Origin: Eledone cirrhosa | Lineage: Eukaryota | Length of the DNA stretch: 64,000 nt | NCBI GenBank assembly: GCA_964016885.1 | Contig: OZ024740.1 | Coordinates: 353,896,001-353,960,000 of the forward strand | Direction of reading: 5' to 3' | Shown: in pieces, positions 13,340 through 27,235 of the stretch | Position numbering within the stretch: the stretch's first letter is position 1 | Layout of the letters: the number at the start of each line of letters is the position of its first letter | Made by a program: the position numbers and the translations under genes | The notes under the pieces: generated by a model | Told to the model about the DNA's origin: nothing | The model's input: only the letters and a program-made list of their open reading frames with translations | Databases searched by the model: none

Positions 13340-15446
13340 ATGGATTTATACGAACTGAATTACTCCCTGAAGAACATTCCAACTCCCTCCAACCATGTTT
13401 ACCAAAAACTCCTCCTACAAAAAGCGGAAGATGTCGTCAGACGCTTAAGATGGCGAGCCCTAGCTTTCGACGGCAAAATTACAGGCACAAACAGCACCTT
13501 CAACCTGAAATCGAGAGCCTACTCTCCTAAGATAACCGAACTGGCTTCTTTCGAGACGGACCTTCTTAACTTAGTCGCTAACATTTCCTTTCGCAAACAC
13601 ACTAACACCTTTCAAACGAAACTCAGAACCGATATTAAGAAATTTACGTCTTCTAATAACACCTTCGTCCTTTCCGACAAAACTAACAATATTTACGAAG
13701 TCGACAACACCACTTTCTGCCACCTGGCCCATAACGCTATTACTTCTAAATATAAGAAAGCTAACCCTATGGCCTACCACGACATTATACAGAAGCCAAG
13801 GAACTCGCCACCGACCTTAAGGTAGATAAGAAGCTACAATCTCTAGCTAAGCGACAGGTGTTCCTCACCCTGAAAGATCACAAGGTAGACTTTACTTCTA
13901 ACCCCACATGCAGACTAATAAACCCGGCACGCACAGCTATGGGACTAGTCAGTAAGGCCATACTTAGAAACATAGTTAAGACCATTAGGACCAAGTCCAA
14001 CCTGTTCCAGTGGGAGAACAGCGACTCCGTAATTAAGTGGTTTAACTCCTTTAAATCCAAAAAAGCAAAGTTTACACAGTTTGACATTGTCGATTTTTAC
14101 CCGTCGATCTCAGAGACCCTGTTAAACAAAGCGTTGGACTTCGCTACCACTTACACCACCGTCGATGGTTTAGACAGCGAAATCATCGCTCACTGCCGGA
14201 AAACCCTCCTCTTCAACGACGGAGTAGCCTGGGCAAAGACGTCTACATCTTCAGACCTGTTCGACGACTCCATGGGATCGTTTGACAGTGCTGACGTATG
14301 TGACTTGGTTGGCCTTTTTATCTTAGACTTATTACGTGTTAGATTCCCGGACTTCCACACGAGAATATACAGCGACGATGGACTGACTTTATCGAGCCAT
14401 AAAAGTGGTCACGACCTCGACTGGTTTAAAACAGACTTAGCTTCTACCTTCAATGAGTTAGGTCTTAGGATAACAGTAGCCACCAACCTCTCTAGCATGG
14501 ATTTCTTAGACATTAATTTGGACCTTCGCACACCCACCCACAAACCCTTCCATAAGCTAAACGAGAAACTTAATTACATTCACAAGGACTCATGCCACCT
14601 TCCCACTGTTTTTAGAAACTTCGTTAAGAATATCAGTACTAGAATCTCAAACCTCTCCTCTAATAAGACTATCTTTGACAGGGCGGCACCTTACTATAAC
14701 ACGGCGTTGGCTAACAGCGGCTTCTCACAACCTATAACCTACTCTCCCACTAGCAACAACACCATTAAAAAAAGTAAGCGCATGAATAGACAAACTATCT
14801 GGTTCTCTCCTCCCTTCTCACTCAACGTTAAAACCAATGTAGGAAAAAAATGTCTAGCCCTCTTAGATAGACACTTCCCCATAGGTCATAAATACCGCTC
14901 CATCTTTAACCGACACAAAGTTAAACTAGGATACTCCTGCGCTAAGAACATGAAGGCCCACATCACCAGCATCCCTAGGAGCAACACCCCACCAGAGTGC
15001 TCTTGCCGTAAGCCTGAAGCTTGCCCCTTCAACAACAATGCAACACACCAGCTGTAATCTATGAAGCTGTGGTCACTTCCAACCGACCAAACGAACCACA
15101 GGAGGACAAATCCTATGTGGGCATGGCGGAGGGCCGATCAAGGAGCGTTTCCTGAACCACCAGTCTACCTTCAGATACCCGGACAGACGTTCATCCACGA
15201 AACTCGCGGGCCACGTATGGTCCCTCAAGGACTCAAGTATAGGGTACTCCATTCAATGGAAAGCCATCACTAAGTCCAAGCCATACGCAGGGGGAAATCC
15301 GACGTGTGGCTTATGTATTGACGAACGAATAACTATTCTAAAGAGATTACGCAATAGTGATTGCCTAAAAACGAGAAGTGAATTTTTCACACGTTGTCCA
15401 CACGTCACCAAACATCTATTACATAACTACAAGGCTCCGGACTGAT
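13340..15446 (+). pseudogene. PLE reverse transcriptase-GIY-YIG endonuclease polyprotein, 2 frameshifts (~13790, ~15040)
   Basis: NYSLKNIP N-terminus; LKDHK..PTCRLINP; FDIVDFYPSI; MGSFDSA; YSDD; CSCRKPEACP; VIYEA...YVG; CGLC...RCPH. Confidence 0.9.
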
Positions 15447-15628
15447 TCTTTGTAATTTTATTTTTAAATTTTTTTATTTTATTTTCAACCAAAAAACTTT
15501 CCGGACTTTCACAGTTATCTCCCTTACACCCCCCGCACGCAGTCTACTATTGCCTGTGTGAAGTGACCGAGTTTCTGTGCATGCGCGTTCGTACGGTTGT
15601 CCTTCCTGTTCCTATAAGCATATACATC

Positions 15629-15668
15629 CCGAGCTGAAGATCCGAGAAGGTGAAACAATTGTTCTCGG
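15629..15668 (+). ncRNA. Minimal type I hammerhead in 3' pLTR
   Basis: CCGAG-CTGAAGA-tcc gagaa ggt-GAAA-caattg-TT-CTCGG; perfect 5-bp stem I, palindromic ACAATTGT stem III. Confidence 0.8.
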
Positions 15669-16445
15669 TATGGTGAACTAACTGTTGTGTAACCACTTAT
15701 ATATATATATATATATATATATACATTAAAAAACGAAGTATATATATATATATATATATATAAATGAAAGGTATAGATAATATTGTAGCAAAAAGCCAAC
15801 AGTATTCCATAATATATAAGTGACTATAGCGTCAAAATGGGAAAAATAGTTAACGTAAGATGTGGGAAAAATAATTCAAACTCAACTCAAAAAGAATCAG
15901 GATATAGATTCATCCAACAGAATTTAGTGAAATCCAGGGAAAAATCAATAGAGCCTTAACTCATGATAAAATAAAGTTTAAAATACTCACCCTTCAATTT
16001 GGGACATATATATACTTCGTTTTTTAATTTCTTTTGCAAGATTTCTTATTTGAAAACGTGTGTTGAAACATATATTGTTATACTTTGGGAGGGTCATGCT
16101 GCCAATAAAACACACGCACCTGATGGTTTTCACTTCCATTTATCATAAATTTCCGGTTGGTTGTTTCAGTAACCAGATAGTTGTTTATATATTGTCAAAG
16201 CGTGTGTTGAAACCGATATTGTTATATTTAGGGTGGTCAGGTTGCCAGTATTGTCAGTAAAAAGAAACACACAAACCACATGATTTTCACTTTTTTAAAT
16301 ATATCTTTGTTACTAGCTATTCGTTAGTTCGTCAAAGTTTTTTCGTCACACGTTCTGTGACCCACACAATGACTTTTATTGTGCCTCCTCCTCTTTCTGG
16401 TCTTAATCTGTTACTCCACCTTGTCTTTTGTCGGAGGAACACTAT

Positions 16446-16569
<124 letters not shown>

Positions 16570-16671
16570 GGGCTGGCCGTTGAACAAACAGAAAATCTTT
16601 TTCGGGGAAGTTACTGGATTTTTATAAATGTAAATGTTTTTTAGGAACTTTCAATGTTTTTCTCTTTTAGG

Positions 16672-16720
16672 TTTTGCGGTCTGAAGAGCTGAGGTTATCA
16701 GTGAAATAGGTAAAACGGAG
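16672..16720 (+). ncRNA. Degenerate hammerhead motif in a microsatellite-flanked island
   Basis: CTGAAGA-GCTGA ggtta TCAGT-GAAA-tagg-TA; good stem II, poor stem I. Confidence 0.45.
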
Positions 16721-16782
16721 TTTTAAATAAACCTGAATCAACTGAATATGGCCTCCGATCTTATAATAATAATAATAATAAT

Positions 16783-16825
<43 letters not shown>

Positions 16826-16832
16826 GTATGTT

Positions 16833-17365
16833 CTGGAATTCGATAAGAATCCAGCTTCTATAATTTTCGGCAAAAGCAGGGGAGTACGTGGCTCTAATGA
16901 ACGTCAACCACTGTGATACAGACTGTCAGCTTCTCTTCCTTCGTAAGTGACATAGCCACTACTTTAAAACTGCTAGCGTATGGTCTTCTAAATGTTTTTA
17001 ATTAAACATACGGTATATTGCCAAATATACTATATTTACATTCATGTATACATCGCTATTTCAGAGCACCAATCCTAATACCTAATTTTTGCTGGACCGG
17101 CAATCGCTCTGTATTATCAACTCCTGATTATTACTGGAATTCTATAAGAATCAACCTTCTATAATTTTCGGCGAAAGCAGGGGAGTACGTGGCTCTCATG
17201 TACTCCAACCAGCGTGAAACAGACTGTCATCTTCTGTCCCTTCTTTCGCCGAAAAGAAGTGACATACTCACTACTTTAAAACTGATAGCGTATTTTCTTC
17301 TAAATGTTTTTAATTAAACATACGGTATGTTGCTATGTATACATCGCTATTTCAGAGCACCAATC

Positions 17366-17370
<5 letters not shown>
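16833..17370. repeat. Diverged tandem dimer, ~301-bp period, between (TA)n tracts
   Basis: CTGGAATTC.ATAAGAATC at 16833 and 17134, homology continuing to CAGAGCACCAATCCTAATA. Confidence 0.8.
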
Positions 17371-17399
<29 letters not shown>

Positions 17400-17635
17400 T
17401 ATGTATGTATACGTACATACATATATGTATACAGACGTATAGTAGCATGTATATATATATATATATATATATATACATACATGCAGGTACACATACATAT
17501 ATGCACGCATCAGTTTAGCAGACGCTTATTATAGCGCTCGCTTTGTTCGTTTGTCAACAAACTGAACAGCCTGAATTTATGCCATACGGTGTTAAGGCAA
17601 CCACGTCACCTTTTTGTTCAACACTGACACAGGAA

Positions 17636-17676
17636 CGATGTACTAGTTTCAAGCTTGTTAGCTATCATCAGCACCG
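17636..17676 (-). ncRNA. Minimal type I hammerhead ribozyme
   Basis: Minus strand: CGGTG-CTGATGA-t AGCT aaca AGCT t-GAAA-ctag-TA-CATCG; palindromic ACTAGT stem III, GUA triplet. Confidence 0.85.
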
Positions 17677-17913
17677 TATACCCATCTGCCAGATAGTTGA
17701 ACGTTCGAAAGTATATACTTTCCTTATGAAAATTAACGGCTGAGGAGCCTAATTTGCATATCGAGTGAGCTAAGTCGGTCAGGCATACCGAAAACGATCA
17801 GTTGAAATAAAATGAAAACGAAATTTCATTTCTCACTCTTAGTACGGCACTTACTTAAATGTAAGTATGTGTGTATACGTACATGCATATATGTATACAG
17901 ACGTACAGTAGCA

Positions 17914-17955
<42 letters not shown>

Positions 17956-18110
17956 TACAGGTACACATACATATATGCACGTATCAGTTTAGCGGACGCT
18001 TATTATAACGCCGCTTTGTTCGTTTGTAAACAAACTGAACAGCCTGAATTTTTATGCCGTACGGTGTTAAGGCAACCACGTCACCTTTTTGTTCAACACT
18101 GACACAGGAA

Positions 18111-18151
18111 CGATGTACTAGTTTCAAGCTTGTTAGCTATCATCAGCACCG
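18111..18151 (-). ncRNA. Minimal type I hammerhead ribozyme
   Basis: Identical copy of 17636-17676. Confidence 0.85.
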
Positions 18152-18388
18152 TATACCCATCTGCCAGATAGTTGAACGTTCGAAAGTATATACTTTCCTT
18201 ATGAAAATTAACGGCTGAGGAGCCTAATTTGCATATCGAGTGAGCTAAGTCGGTCAGGCATACCGAAAACGATCAGTTGAAATAAAATGAAAACGAAATT
18301 TCATTTCTCACTCTTAGTACGGCACTTACTTAAATGTAAGTATGTGTGTATACGTACATACATATATGTATACAGACGTACAGTAGCA

Positions 18389-18448
<60 letters not shown>

Positions 18449-18603
18449 TACAGGTACACATACATATATGCACGTATCAGTTTAGCGGACGCTTATTATA
18501 ACGCCGCTTTGTTCGTTTGTAAACAAACTGAACAGCCTGAATTTTTATGCCGTACGGTGTTAAGGCAACCACGTCACCTTTTTGTTCAACACTGACACAG
18601 GAA

Positions 18604-18644
18604 CGATGTACTAGTTTCAAGCTTGTTAGCTATCATCAGCACCG
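18604..18644 (-). ncRNA. Minimal type I hammerhead ribozyme
   Basis: Identical copy. Confidence 0.85.
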
Positions 18645-18881
18645 TATACCCATCTGCCAGATAGTTGAACGTTCGAAAGTATATACTTTCCTTATGAAAA
18701 TTAACGGCTGAGGAGCCTAATTTGCATATCGAGTGAGCTAAGTCGGTCAGGCATACCGAAAACGATCAGTTGAAATAAAATGAAAACGAAATTTCATTTC
18801 TCACTCTTAGTACGGCACTTACTTAAATGTAAGTATGTGTGTATACGTACATACATATATGTATACAGACGTACAGTAGCA

Positions 18882-18949
<68 letters not shown>

Positions 18950-19104
18950 TACAGGTACACATACATATATGCACGTATCAGTTTAGCGGACGCTTATTAT
19001 AACGCCGCTTTGTTCGTTTGTAAACAAACTGAACAGCCTGAATTTTTATGCCGTACGGTGTTAAGGCAACCACGTCACCTTTTTGTTCAACACTGACACA
19101 GGAA

Positions 19105-19145
19105 CGATGTACTAGTTTCAAGCTTGTTAGCTATCATCAGCACCG
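19105..19145 (-). ncRNA. Minimal type I hammerhead ribozyme
   Basis: Identical copy. Confidence 0.85.
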
Positions 19146-19249
19146 TATACCCATCTGCCAGGCTGTTCAGTTTGTTTACAAACGAACAAAGCGGCGTTAT
19201 AATAAGCGTCCGCTAAACTGATACGTGCATATATGTATGTGTACCTGTA

Positions 19250-19286
<37 letters not shown>

Positions 19287-19339
19287 GCATGCTACTGTAC
19301 GTCTGTATACATATATGTATGTACGTATACACACATACT

Positions 19340-19452
<113 letters not shown>

Positions 19453-20664
19453 CGCTTTTATTCGTACATCTACATGTTATTACATAACTCCATTTCATCA
19501 ACTGAATAATATATATATATGTATAAATATATATATATATATAGGAAAATGTTCAAGACCCCGACGGCAGAACTCGAGCCGTTTTGACTGCTACCACTCT
19601 ACTACTCTAAGTATTGAGTACTCTGGTGCGTTATGGTCCACCTGGTTCCTTACCACACTTCCTTCGATATATATATATATATACATATGAGTGTGTTATA
19701 TATATACATATATAGATTTATATATACATATGCAAACATATACACACACACATATATGATATTGATATGAAAACAGATTAAGTTGCATAATATGTAAATA
19801 TGTGAGTGTGTGTATGTGTGAGCGGGTTTTATGGTAGTATGTACATTTTTGTTTTCCTGGTGGATTATTACTCTAAACATTAACACCACTGACAGAAGCA
19901 TTGTTATGGGACCAATTTTAGTGGCTTATTAATCTATTAACTATAAATTCTGATATACTTGAACTAGCCTTTACGTTAAAGCTTTACTCTCACCCTTTTC
20001 CTACCTGATAAAGGTTGGTTTGATAATACAATTTCTCTGCAACAATAAAGAATAACTGATCATCCGTCGGTTCTGAAGACGAAGTTCCAGTTGTTCGAGC
20101 AACAGAAAAGCCTGATTGTGAAATTAACGTGCAAGTGACTGAACATTTTGCACCCTTAACGAAGCATGTTCTGTGCTGTAAAGAATTGGTGACATGCCGG
20201 CCAGTCATAACCACTACAAACATTCAATCTCTCAATAAATCCATTTCAGATCAGCTACTCTTGTTAATGACATTGCATGATTATTCAATTCATTGAAAAT
20301 AAAGCAGTGTGAATTAAATGAAAGACAGAGAGCTACGGAACCGTGTGTGAAACTGACCTACTTAAATATTTTTATGTAGATAAGGAACATTCAACTTCCC
20401 CTATATTACAGATGACTTACGACACTGAACGGATGTCAGCAATGTCGATCTCAGCGAACGTGTAGGGTCAAAATAAAATGCTCAAAAGCATTCATTCGAG
20501 GTTCAGGCATACCTGTCGGTTCATCTACTGCTTGACCTCTAATGGGATAAAGTTCTTTTACAGAAAAAGTTACTGAACTAATACAACTACAATACGGAGG
20601 TTGAGTGACAAAAACAGTACAATGACATAAAATCCAAAGTAATATTTAGTTTCATTAAGTCAAT

Positions 20665-20850
20665 TTGCGGAGTCCTTAGAGCATTGTATAAATGCTTAGT
20701 AACGTTTGTTCTAGCTCCTTCCGTTCTTAGTTCAAATCCCGACGAAGTCAACTTTGCCTTTTCATAAAATTAAGTGCCAGTCATGTACTGGGTCAGACTA
20801 ATTGACATTTCCTTCTTCCCCAGAGGTGCAATAAATAGAAACTATTATTA
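20665..20850 (+). mobile_element. Diverged tRNA-derived SINE
   Basis: AGTTCAAATCCCGACGAAGTCAACTTTGCCTTT...AAAATTAAGTGCCAG. Confidence 0.65.
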
Positions 20851-21260
20851 GCTGAACTTGTGCCTAATAGAAATCAAAATTTAATTTCACCCTTCTAGGT
20901 TTTGTGTTAATACCCCTCCACTTTGCGTCAGCTTAACTGGTTATCTCTCTAAAATCAATACTGTAGTATCAATTGTCGACTGTAGTTGATTGTAGAGACG
21001 ATACACCCAAACCACTAACATTTCTTCGGCTTGTGCCGATGTAAGAAATGTATATTACAATTAATTGAGGAATCTAAGAAGCAAATTATATATATATATA
21101 TAGTAATAATAATTGGAAGACTAAAATAAGAAGAGGGCTCGATAAGGATTATATATATATATATATATATATATAAAGCCGTAGAGGAAATATTTGAACA
21201 GATTAATGTTTAGGCAAAGAATCGCTGCTTTCACTCTTTTACGGGAACTTCTGAAACTCA

Positions 21261-21324
<64 letters not shown>

Positions 21325-21777
21325 ACAACTACTGGACTTGTGTTTTTATTTTCATTGTGTCTAATGGTATAACTGAAATTTGTAACCTGTCTCTTAGCGG
21401 TTTTTTAAAGATAGTAGGCATACCTGCTTTTGAATGGAAGCAACCCAAGCCATATCGTGTTGTCATTGTTGTTGTTTAACTCCAAGTAAGCTTTGATCAG
21501 GTAGGTATAAGATCAATAGACATTTCAACCATGACTAGTAGTTCAGACAATGTATCTAGAAACATTATCCTGTGTTTTCTTATTAAAAATAGTATTGTGT
21601 AATATAGGGAGGTTTCACTCTTTGAAATAGGCTAAGTAACCATGTAGTGGCTTCTTTCTTAAGTGTTCTATTCATACGAAAATTACATTATTGACAGTTT
21701 ACAGAACAATACAAAGTCCCATTACTGTTCACCTCAGAAAACTCTAACTCTGCGCGTTTATTATTAATAGATAGACG

Positions 21778-21958
21778 CCATGCTTTGCAGCATAGAGTTA
21801 CGGCTCTTTATGATCTGAGCTCAAATCCCGCCGAGGTTAACTTTGCCTTTCATCCTTATGGGGTCGATAAAATAAAGTACCAGTCACGCACTGGGGTCGA
21901 TTTAATCGACTTTCCCCTCCACCCAAATTACTGGCCTTGTGCCTATATAAGAAACCAT
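21778..21958 (+). mobile_element. 5'-truncated SINE with 18-bp TSD
   Basis: Family consensus; ATTATTAATAGATAGACG at 21760-21777 and 21957-21974. Confidence 0.88.
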
Positions 21959-22729
21959 TATTAATAGATAGACGGGCTGGGATGTAGCGCGGACAATTTT
22001 CCCACGGTTGATTTTTCGAAGGCTACGAGCACCATGACACTGACCTATGACTACGGAGACATAACTTTCACCTATGGAAGTAGCAAGTCAAGGTCACCAA
22101 TTGAAGTGAAATTTATCTGTTGTGGTAAATTAGGAGAAAAAGATAAATACGACAAGTACCAAAATATTAATTGTGAGTTAAGAATATTTGAATGAGATTA
22201 ACAAATCACCTACGTAATTTGGTCGTATATGAATCGTATAAAAATGTCCAACTTCTTTCAGGAACCTTATAGAATGTGCAGCCCATCAGCGATTGTCACA
22301 TCTAAACAAAACTCATCGTATCAAAACATCACTCTTTACTGTGAGGTAATGCATCCGATAACTGCACAGTGTAAATACAGCTTACAACTGTGAGTTGCAA
22401 ATAACAATGGTATTTACAGAAACGTGGTCTTCAAGATTTAAAGCATTGGTGTAACTATGAACAAAATTCAGCATCGGAAACCATAGATAAAAAATTCACC
22501 CTTTTGTCTATATTCCTATTCAGTCAGTGATAAACCTTATCTAATGCAATATAAACAGATGTAAAATATATATAAATTAATGGAATCATTCTGTCAACAA
22601 ATACAGCAATTGTCGTAGACGTATTCAAATTTTGCAGTCCAGGATTGATATGCCATATCTCGCATGATTATATGGATACGAGCTCTGTAGAACAATAGAA
22701 TATCATGGTGAATATATATTAGCTTAACG

Positions 22730-23125
22730 CTTGATCGCAAATACAAGCGGCCGAAACGGGGTTCCTCCGAAGGGTCTTTGAAGTAACGTTACACGATAGG
22801 GTACCTAGCTCGGAGATATGATAGTCGCTCCATGTAGAGCCGCTACTTCTCCGAATTGAGAGATCACAGCTCCGATACTATGGGCATGTGATTAGAATAT
22901 GTCAGGAAAATCGCTGGACAGATTTTACAAGCAAAGCCATCCATCAGGAAGCTCAGGGGTAGATCTCGAGCAAGAAAGTTGGATAACATCTATGAGCTCG
23001 GCTGGTCTCCTTTGGAAATCCAGCCGGATCAGTTGGAAACGGTTGCTTCTAACAGGACCCGCTGGAAAGAGGGTTTGAAGACTCTGCCCCCACGACTCTC
23101 TTAGGAATAAGTGGGTGAAGAAGAA
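22730..23125 (+). mobile_element. RTE-clade LINE 3' fragment
   Basis: Decayed QIQAAE.GFLRRV..VTLHDRV.S..I...L.VEPLLLRIERSQLRYYGHV; overlaps homologous minus fragment at 25290. Confidence 0.75.
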
Positions 23126-23222
23126 CGCTACCCAATTTCCAAACAACGTCTACCCAATTTCACTTACAAGGTTTGGTTCGACTCGAGCTTATGAGAAATT
23201 GCACTTGCCCAAGACGCCATAA

Positions 23223-23417
23223 CAGACCTGTCAACTCTCCCCGTCCAACGGGAAGATCTCCCATCCACTTTGGGATGGGTGAGAGATGTTTTCTCTTGTG
23301 AAAATGGGTATAGCTTCCATTATGTAAATTCTCCCCATTTTGCCTAGTTTCTTCCCGTATTGGGGCAGTTTGTTTCATGGTACTCCCTGTTTGGGTTATT
23401 AGAGGTTGGCAGGTCTG
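23223..23417 (-). mobile_element. MITE (CAGACCT... family)
   Basis: CAGACCTGTCAACTCT / AGAGGTTGGCAGGTCTG termini. Confidence 0.8.
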
Positions 23418-23995
23418 ACATAGAGTTAAATCAAACTCAGAACATAATGATTGCGAAGCGAACCTCTTAAACATCTGACCTTGTTGCATCCATGTGTCAT
23501 AAACAACTTCAATAACATTACAAGTGAATTAAACAATAGCTAAATCACAACTGCAAACAATCTTTCAGTGTCACAGATTTAACACGATGAAACTAATTTT
23601 CGCCATCTTCCCACTTCCTTCCGTGCAATCTTACCAATACATTCACCGTTTGATGTACACATCTTCAAGCATGCAAACTTAAAAAACATCGCAATAAAAA
23701 CAACAACAAAAATAATTACAACAAAAACAACTTCAACAACAGCAACAAAAGATAGATAGAAAAAGTGAGAGAGAGAGAAGGCGAAAGAGGGAAAGAAAGA
23801 GTGAAAGAGAAAGTGAGAGAGAGAGAAGGAAACGACAATGACAAAAGCATCAAGAGCAAACTATGATCAATGCTAAGAAAAAGAAATTGCTATGAGAATT
23901 TCATTAAAATCAAGACACCGATAACTAATAGAAAGGTCTGTAACACTTGTAGTCAAAACAAAATCAAAAATATGTTGATTTCTCCGGTGAGTATA

Positions 23996-23996
23996 G

Positions 23997-24061
<65 letters not shown>

Positions 24062-24102
24062 AATACTGCTACTGCTTATGGTGGTAGTAGTAGTTGTAGT
24101 AG
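23996..24102. repeat. (TAC)n(TGC)n trinucleotide repeat
   Basis: Seen directly. Confidence 0.9.
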
Positions 24103-24383
24103 TTTGCACAATGTGGCGTTATATATACACCAGTAATACACTGGGTCGATATAATCGTCTTTCCCCTCCATCCAAATTGCTGGTCTTGTGCCTAAAGTAG
24201 AAATCATTATATTAGATTTAAAACATGGTGGTGTGGTTAAGAGGTTCGCTGCGCAGCCTCGGGCGATGTTTCTTTTGCAATTCCACTAAGCTGCACCTTC
24301 AGCAAGTGAATCCGACGATAGCGTCGGGTTGATTAATACAGTCCATGAAATTTGATAAGCGAAACTTGTATCGTAACCCCTTG

Positions 24384-24445
<62 letters not shown>

Positions 24446-25289
24446 ATTACACACACACGCTCGCATGAATATATATAATAATGGCTCTAAATCGAAGTTG
24501 TAGCGGCAGTATAGCAGATACTAATCGAATAGTTTGAGGCAGTTACAAAGCTCTCTATGGTGTGAAAAGTCAATACGTTTTCTTCCAGAGTAAACACAAA
24601 AAAGTTAAAGTGTGACACCAAGGATAAAGCGACCAAATACATGTTGCCATAATAACACAACATCGATATATACGAACAGGTTGAACACTAACCTGGACCA
24701 TCTCGAAAGGACATGAATCGATAAAACTCGATAAAAATCTTCGATAGGTTTCTGGGATCACGGGAAGATACATCACGAGTTGCATAATGCATATGCAAGT
24801 TATAGATGCATCTATTGGTGGAAGGAACAGGAATATCCCTTCGTCAGCAGGTTTTCATCCGGAATATCCAGCTTGATCCGGTTGCTAGAAGATATTGTGG
24901 CATTCTACTGTAGTAAATTCGCCAGTGTCATGTCTGAAAGAGAGAGAGAGAGAAAGAGAGGGGGGGGGGGTAACTAAAAAAACACTGGCCCCATTTTTAT
25001 TTTTGTCTACGTTATACATGTTTCAACAAAAGCTGATGAAACTCAGAATATATTTAGTTCAAGCGATTAGAATCAATATAATTCAGAATCTTCTGATATT
25101 TCTGTTCAGATTTACAGCACATCTTCCAAGTGATGTCCATTTGAATCTATGAATTTTACATGCATATGGTGAACTTTAGTATAACTTTAAGGGATTACGC
25201 TGATCTCCTCCCGATGTTTTCCTTTTGTTCAGTGATGGTCCTGAGCTGATTGACATATACCCTATCCTTTAGATTGCCCCAAAGAAAGA

Positions 25290-25750
25290 AATCTAAGTAA
25301 CATTACTCGAAAGACCCTTCGGAGGAATCCCATTTCAGCCGCTTGTATTCGCGATCATATTATTTCGGTCATTACCCAATATTCATGACCATAGGCAAAG
25401 TTTGGCACGAATAGTGAACTGAAGATAGCGAATTTGGCTTTTACACCTACCTCCCTTCTTCTGATTATTGAATGTTGAAGCTGGCGCATTATTGCACTAG
25501 CTCCTGCAATTCTTGCACTTAATTCAGCTTCCTGCCTTCCATCACTCATGAACACGGTCCCGGGATACTTGAACTTTTCCACCTGTTTCAGTGGAACTCC
25601 ATTCTCGCAGGCTTCCTTGAGAGGATCAGTGTCTCAGTTTTCGCAGCACTGATTTTCATTCCAACCATGCAGCACTTAGCATCAAACCTATCAAGTTCAA
25701 GTCAGCGAACACCTTTCGTCGAGTTAATTAATACCATGTCATCTGCAAAT
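25290..25750 (-). mobile_element. RTE-clade LINE RT fragment
   Basis: FADD remnant (~25740), KISAAKTE, QVEKFKYPG...ARIAGASA..RQL...YGHEYWVMTE. Confidence 0.8.
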
Positions 25751-25829
25751 TTTCAGTTATCTGCAACTTGAGACTGCCTAAAACCAAAGATCCCACAAGA
25801 GCGTAATAGAGTAGGTAGTCTACAACTTT

Positions 25830-26380
25830 AGTGATATGTGTGATCTATATGGTCGACCTAGATAGAGCATTTAGGGAGGGGCAGGTTACAGGATGCTAAA
25901 CAAGTCGTTACGGCGCACGAAGCTTACAGAGTCCAGATTAGTAAACTAGTTAAGCAGGCTTTAACGGGTGCAATCGTTAACACCAAATATTGATTCGTCC
26001 TGAAAAGGGCGATTAAGGTAACGATAGAGAAAACTACAACAGAGGAACAGGTTGTTAGAAACTTAGAAGATGCTTTTAGGAAAAACATTGGAACCGGCGT
26101 GAATGCGATGAGATTGGTCTTCTTACCAATTCTTCAACATCAAACACAAAGACTGCGTTATCAGAGCTAACGAACATACTCTAAGATACGAAGGAACGGA
26201 AACCTTTCGATGGGCTTGAGTGGCAGAAGCGCCGCATAGAAACAAAGCCACAATTAGATCGTTGACGAACAGCGGTAATCACAATCTATTCGATCCTAAA
26301 CAGACGTGTACGGCCTTTCAGTGCCGTTTTGCTCAAATGTTCAGGTCGAGTTTCAGGCAGAGGGTACTACCTCCGGCCGT
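25830..26380 (+). mobile_element. Decayed Tx1/L1 ORF2 fragment
   Basis: Homologous to 56480-57040 and 42060-42560 (ARKAYR..I..LVK.ALTGAIVN). Confidence 0.75.
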
Positions 26381-26924
26381 CTCGTGTTTTGCCGAAATGC
26401 ATCGGTAATCCAAATGTTTGTTTACCTACTCCTTGGGCGGTCGACTACGTCAGCCGAAGTCTTGTCTAATTTGACAAGTTTGGCCGCTCATGACGAAGTG
26501 TCTTTGTCTATTAAGTCAATATTAAACATTTATGTAGCTTCTGCAGTGGGTCCTGCAAATATTATTGTTGTTCATGTTCTTCTTTTTGTTGTGTTTGTTT
26601 CATTTTGTTGTTCTTATAAATGTGACGGTGGTGTCAAATGTTTTAAAAACGGGAAGTTAGCTTCATATTTTTCCGCGCAGAATTGTTGTTGGTGTTGTTG
26701 ATGTTGCTGCTGCTGCTACTGCTATCGTTGTTTGTTGAACTTTAACTGTTCCATCTTGTGTACAGCCGGAGGTTCATTTTTCTCGTCCGCTAAGTCTATT
26801 TTTTTTAAATGAGGGACAAGTTTGTGAAAATGGACACAAAATTTGGCCCCTATGACAGATATACGAAAACCAGACAGTACCCGAAAAAGATGTTTGGTTT
26901 AGCTACAAAACATTAATTAAAGAA

Positions 26925-27115
26925 GGGCGGTGGATTGGCCGTATCAGTAGAGGGTCGGTTCCATGCTTTGCAGCACAGAGTTACAGCCCTTTACGGTCTA
27001 AGTTCAAATCCTGCCGAGGTTAACTTTGCCTTTCATCCTTACGGGATCGATAAAATAAAGTACCAGTAATGCACTGGGATAATTGCTGGCCTTGTACCAG
27101 AAATAGAAACAATTA
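26925..27115 (+). mobile_element. tRNA-derived SINE, full length
   Basis: GGGCGGTGGATTGGC head, B-box, conserved core, AGAAACAATT tail. Confidence 0.88.
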
Positions 27116-27120
27116 ATTAT

Positions 27121-27235
27121 AGAAGAAGAAGAAGAAGAAGAAGAAGAAGAAGAAGAAGAAGAAGAAGAAGAAGAAGAAGAAGAAGAAGAAGAAGAAGAAG
27201 AAGAAGAAGAAGAAGAAGAAGAAGAAGAAGAAGAA
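27121..27235. repeat. (GAA)n microsatellite
   Basis: Seen directly. Confidence 0.95.

Larger units (their letters stand above)
12999..15698 (+). mobile_element. Penelope-like element (Naiad-like) with 118-bp direct terminal repeats (pLTR)
   Basis: Repeats 12999-13116 and 15581-15698, each with an HHR; RT+GIY-YIG ORF inside; ends in (TA)n. Confidence 0.9.

Noticed and set aside
17733-17803. Plus-strand CTGAGGA-GCCT...AGGC-atacc-GAAA suggesting ribozymes in both polarities
   Set aside because: Five extra nt before GAAA and stem I does not pair; not a valid HHR by eye, although worth a covariance check
26925-27020. tRNA gene (A/B-box-like signals)
   Set aside because: It is the head of a multi-copy SINE; no complete cloverleaf
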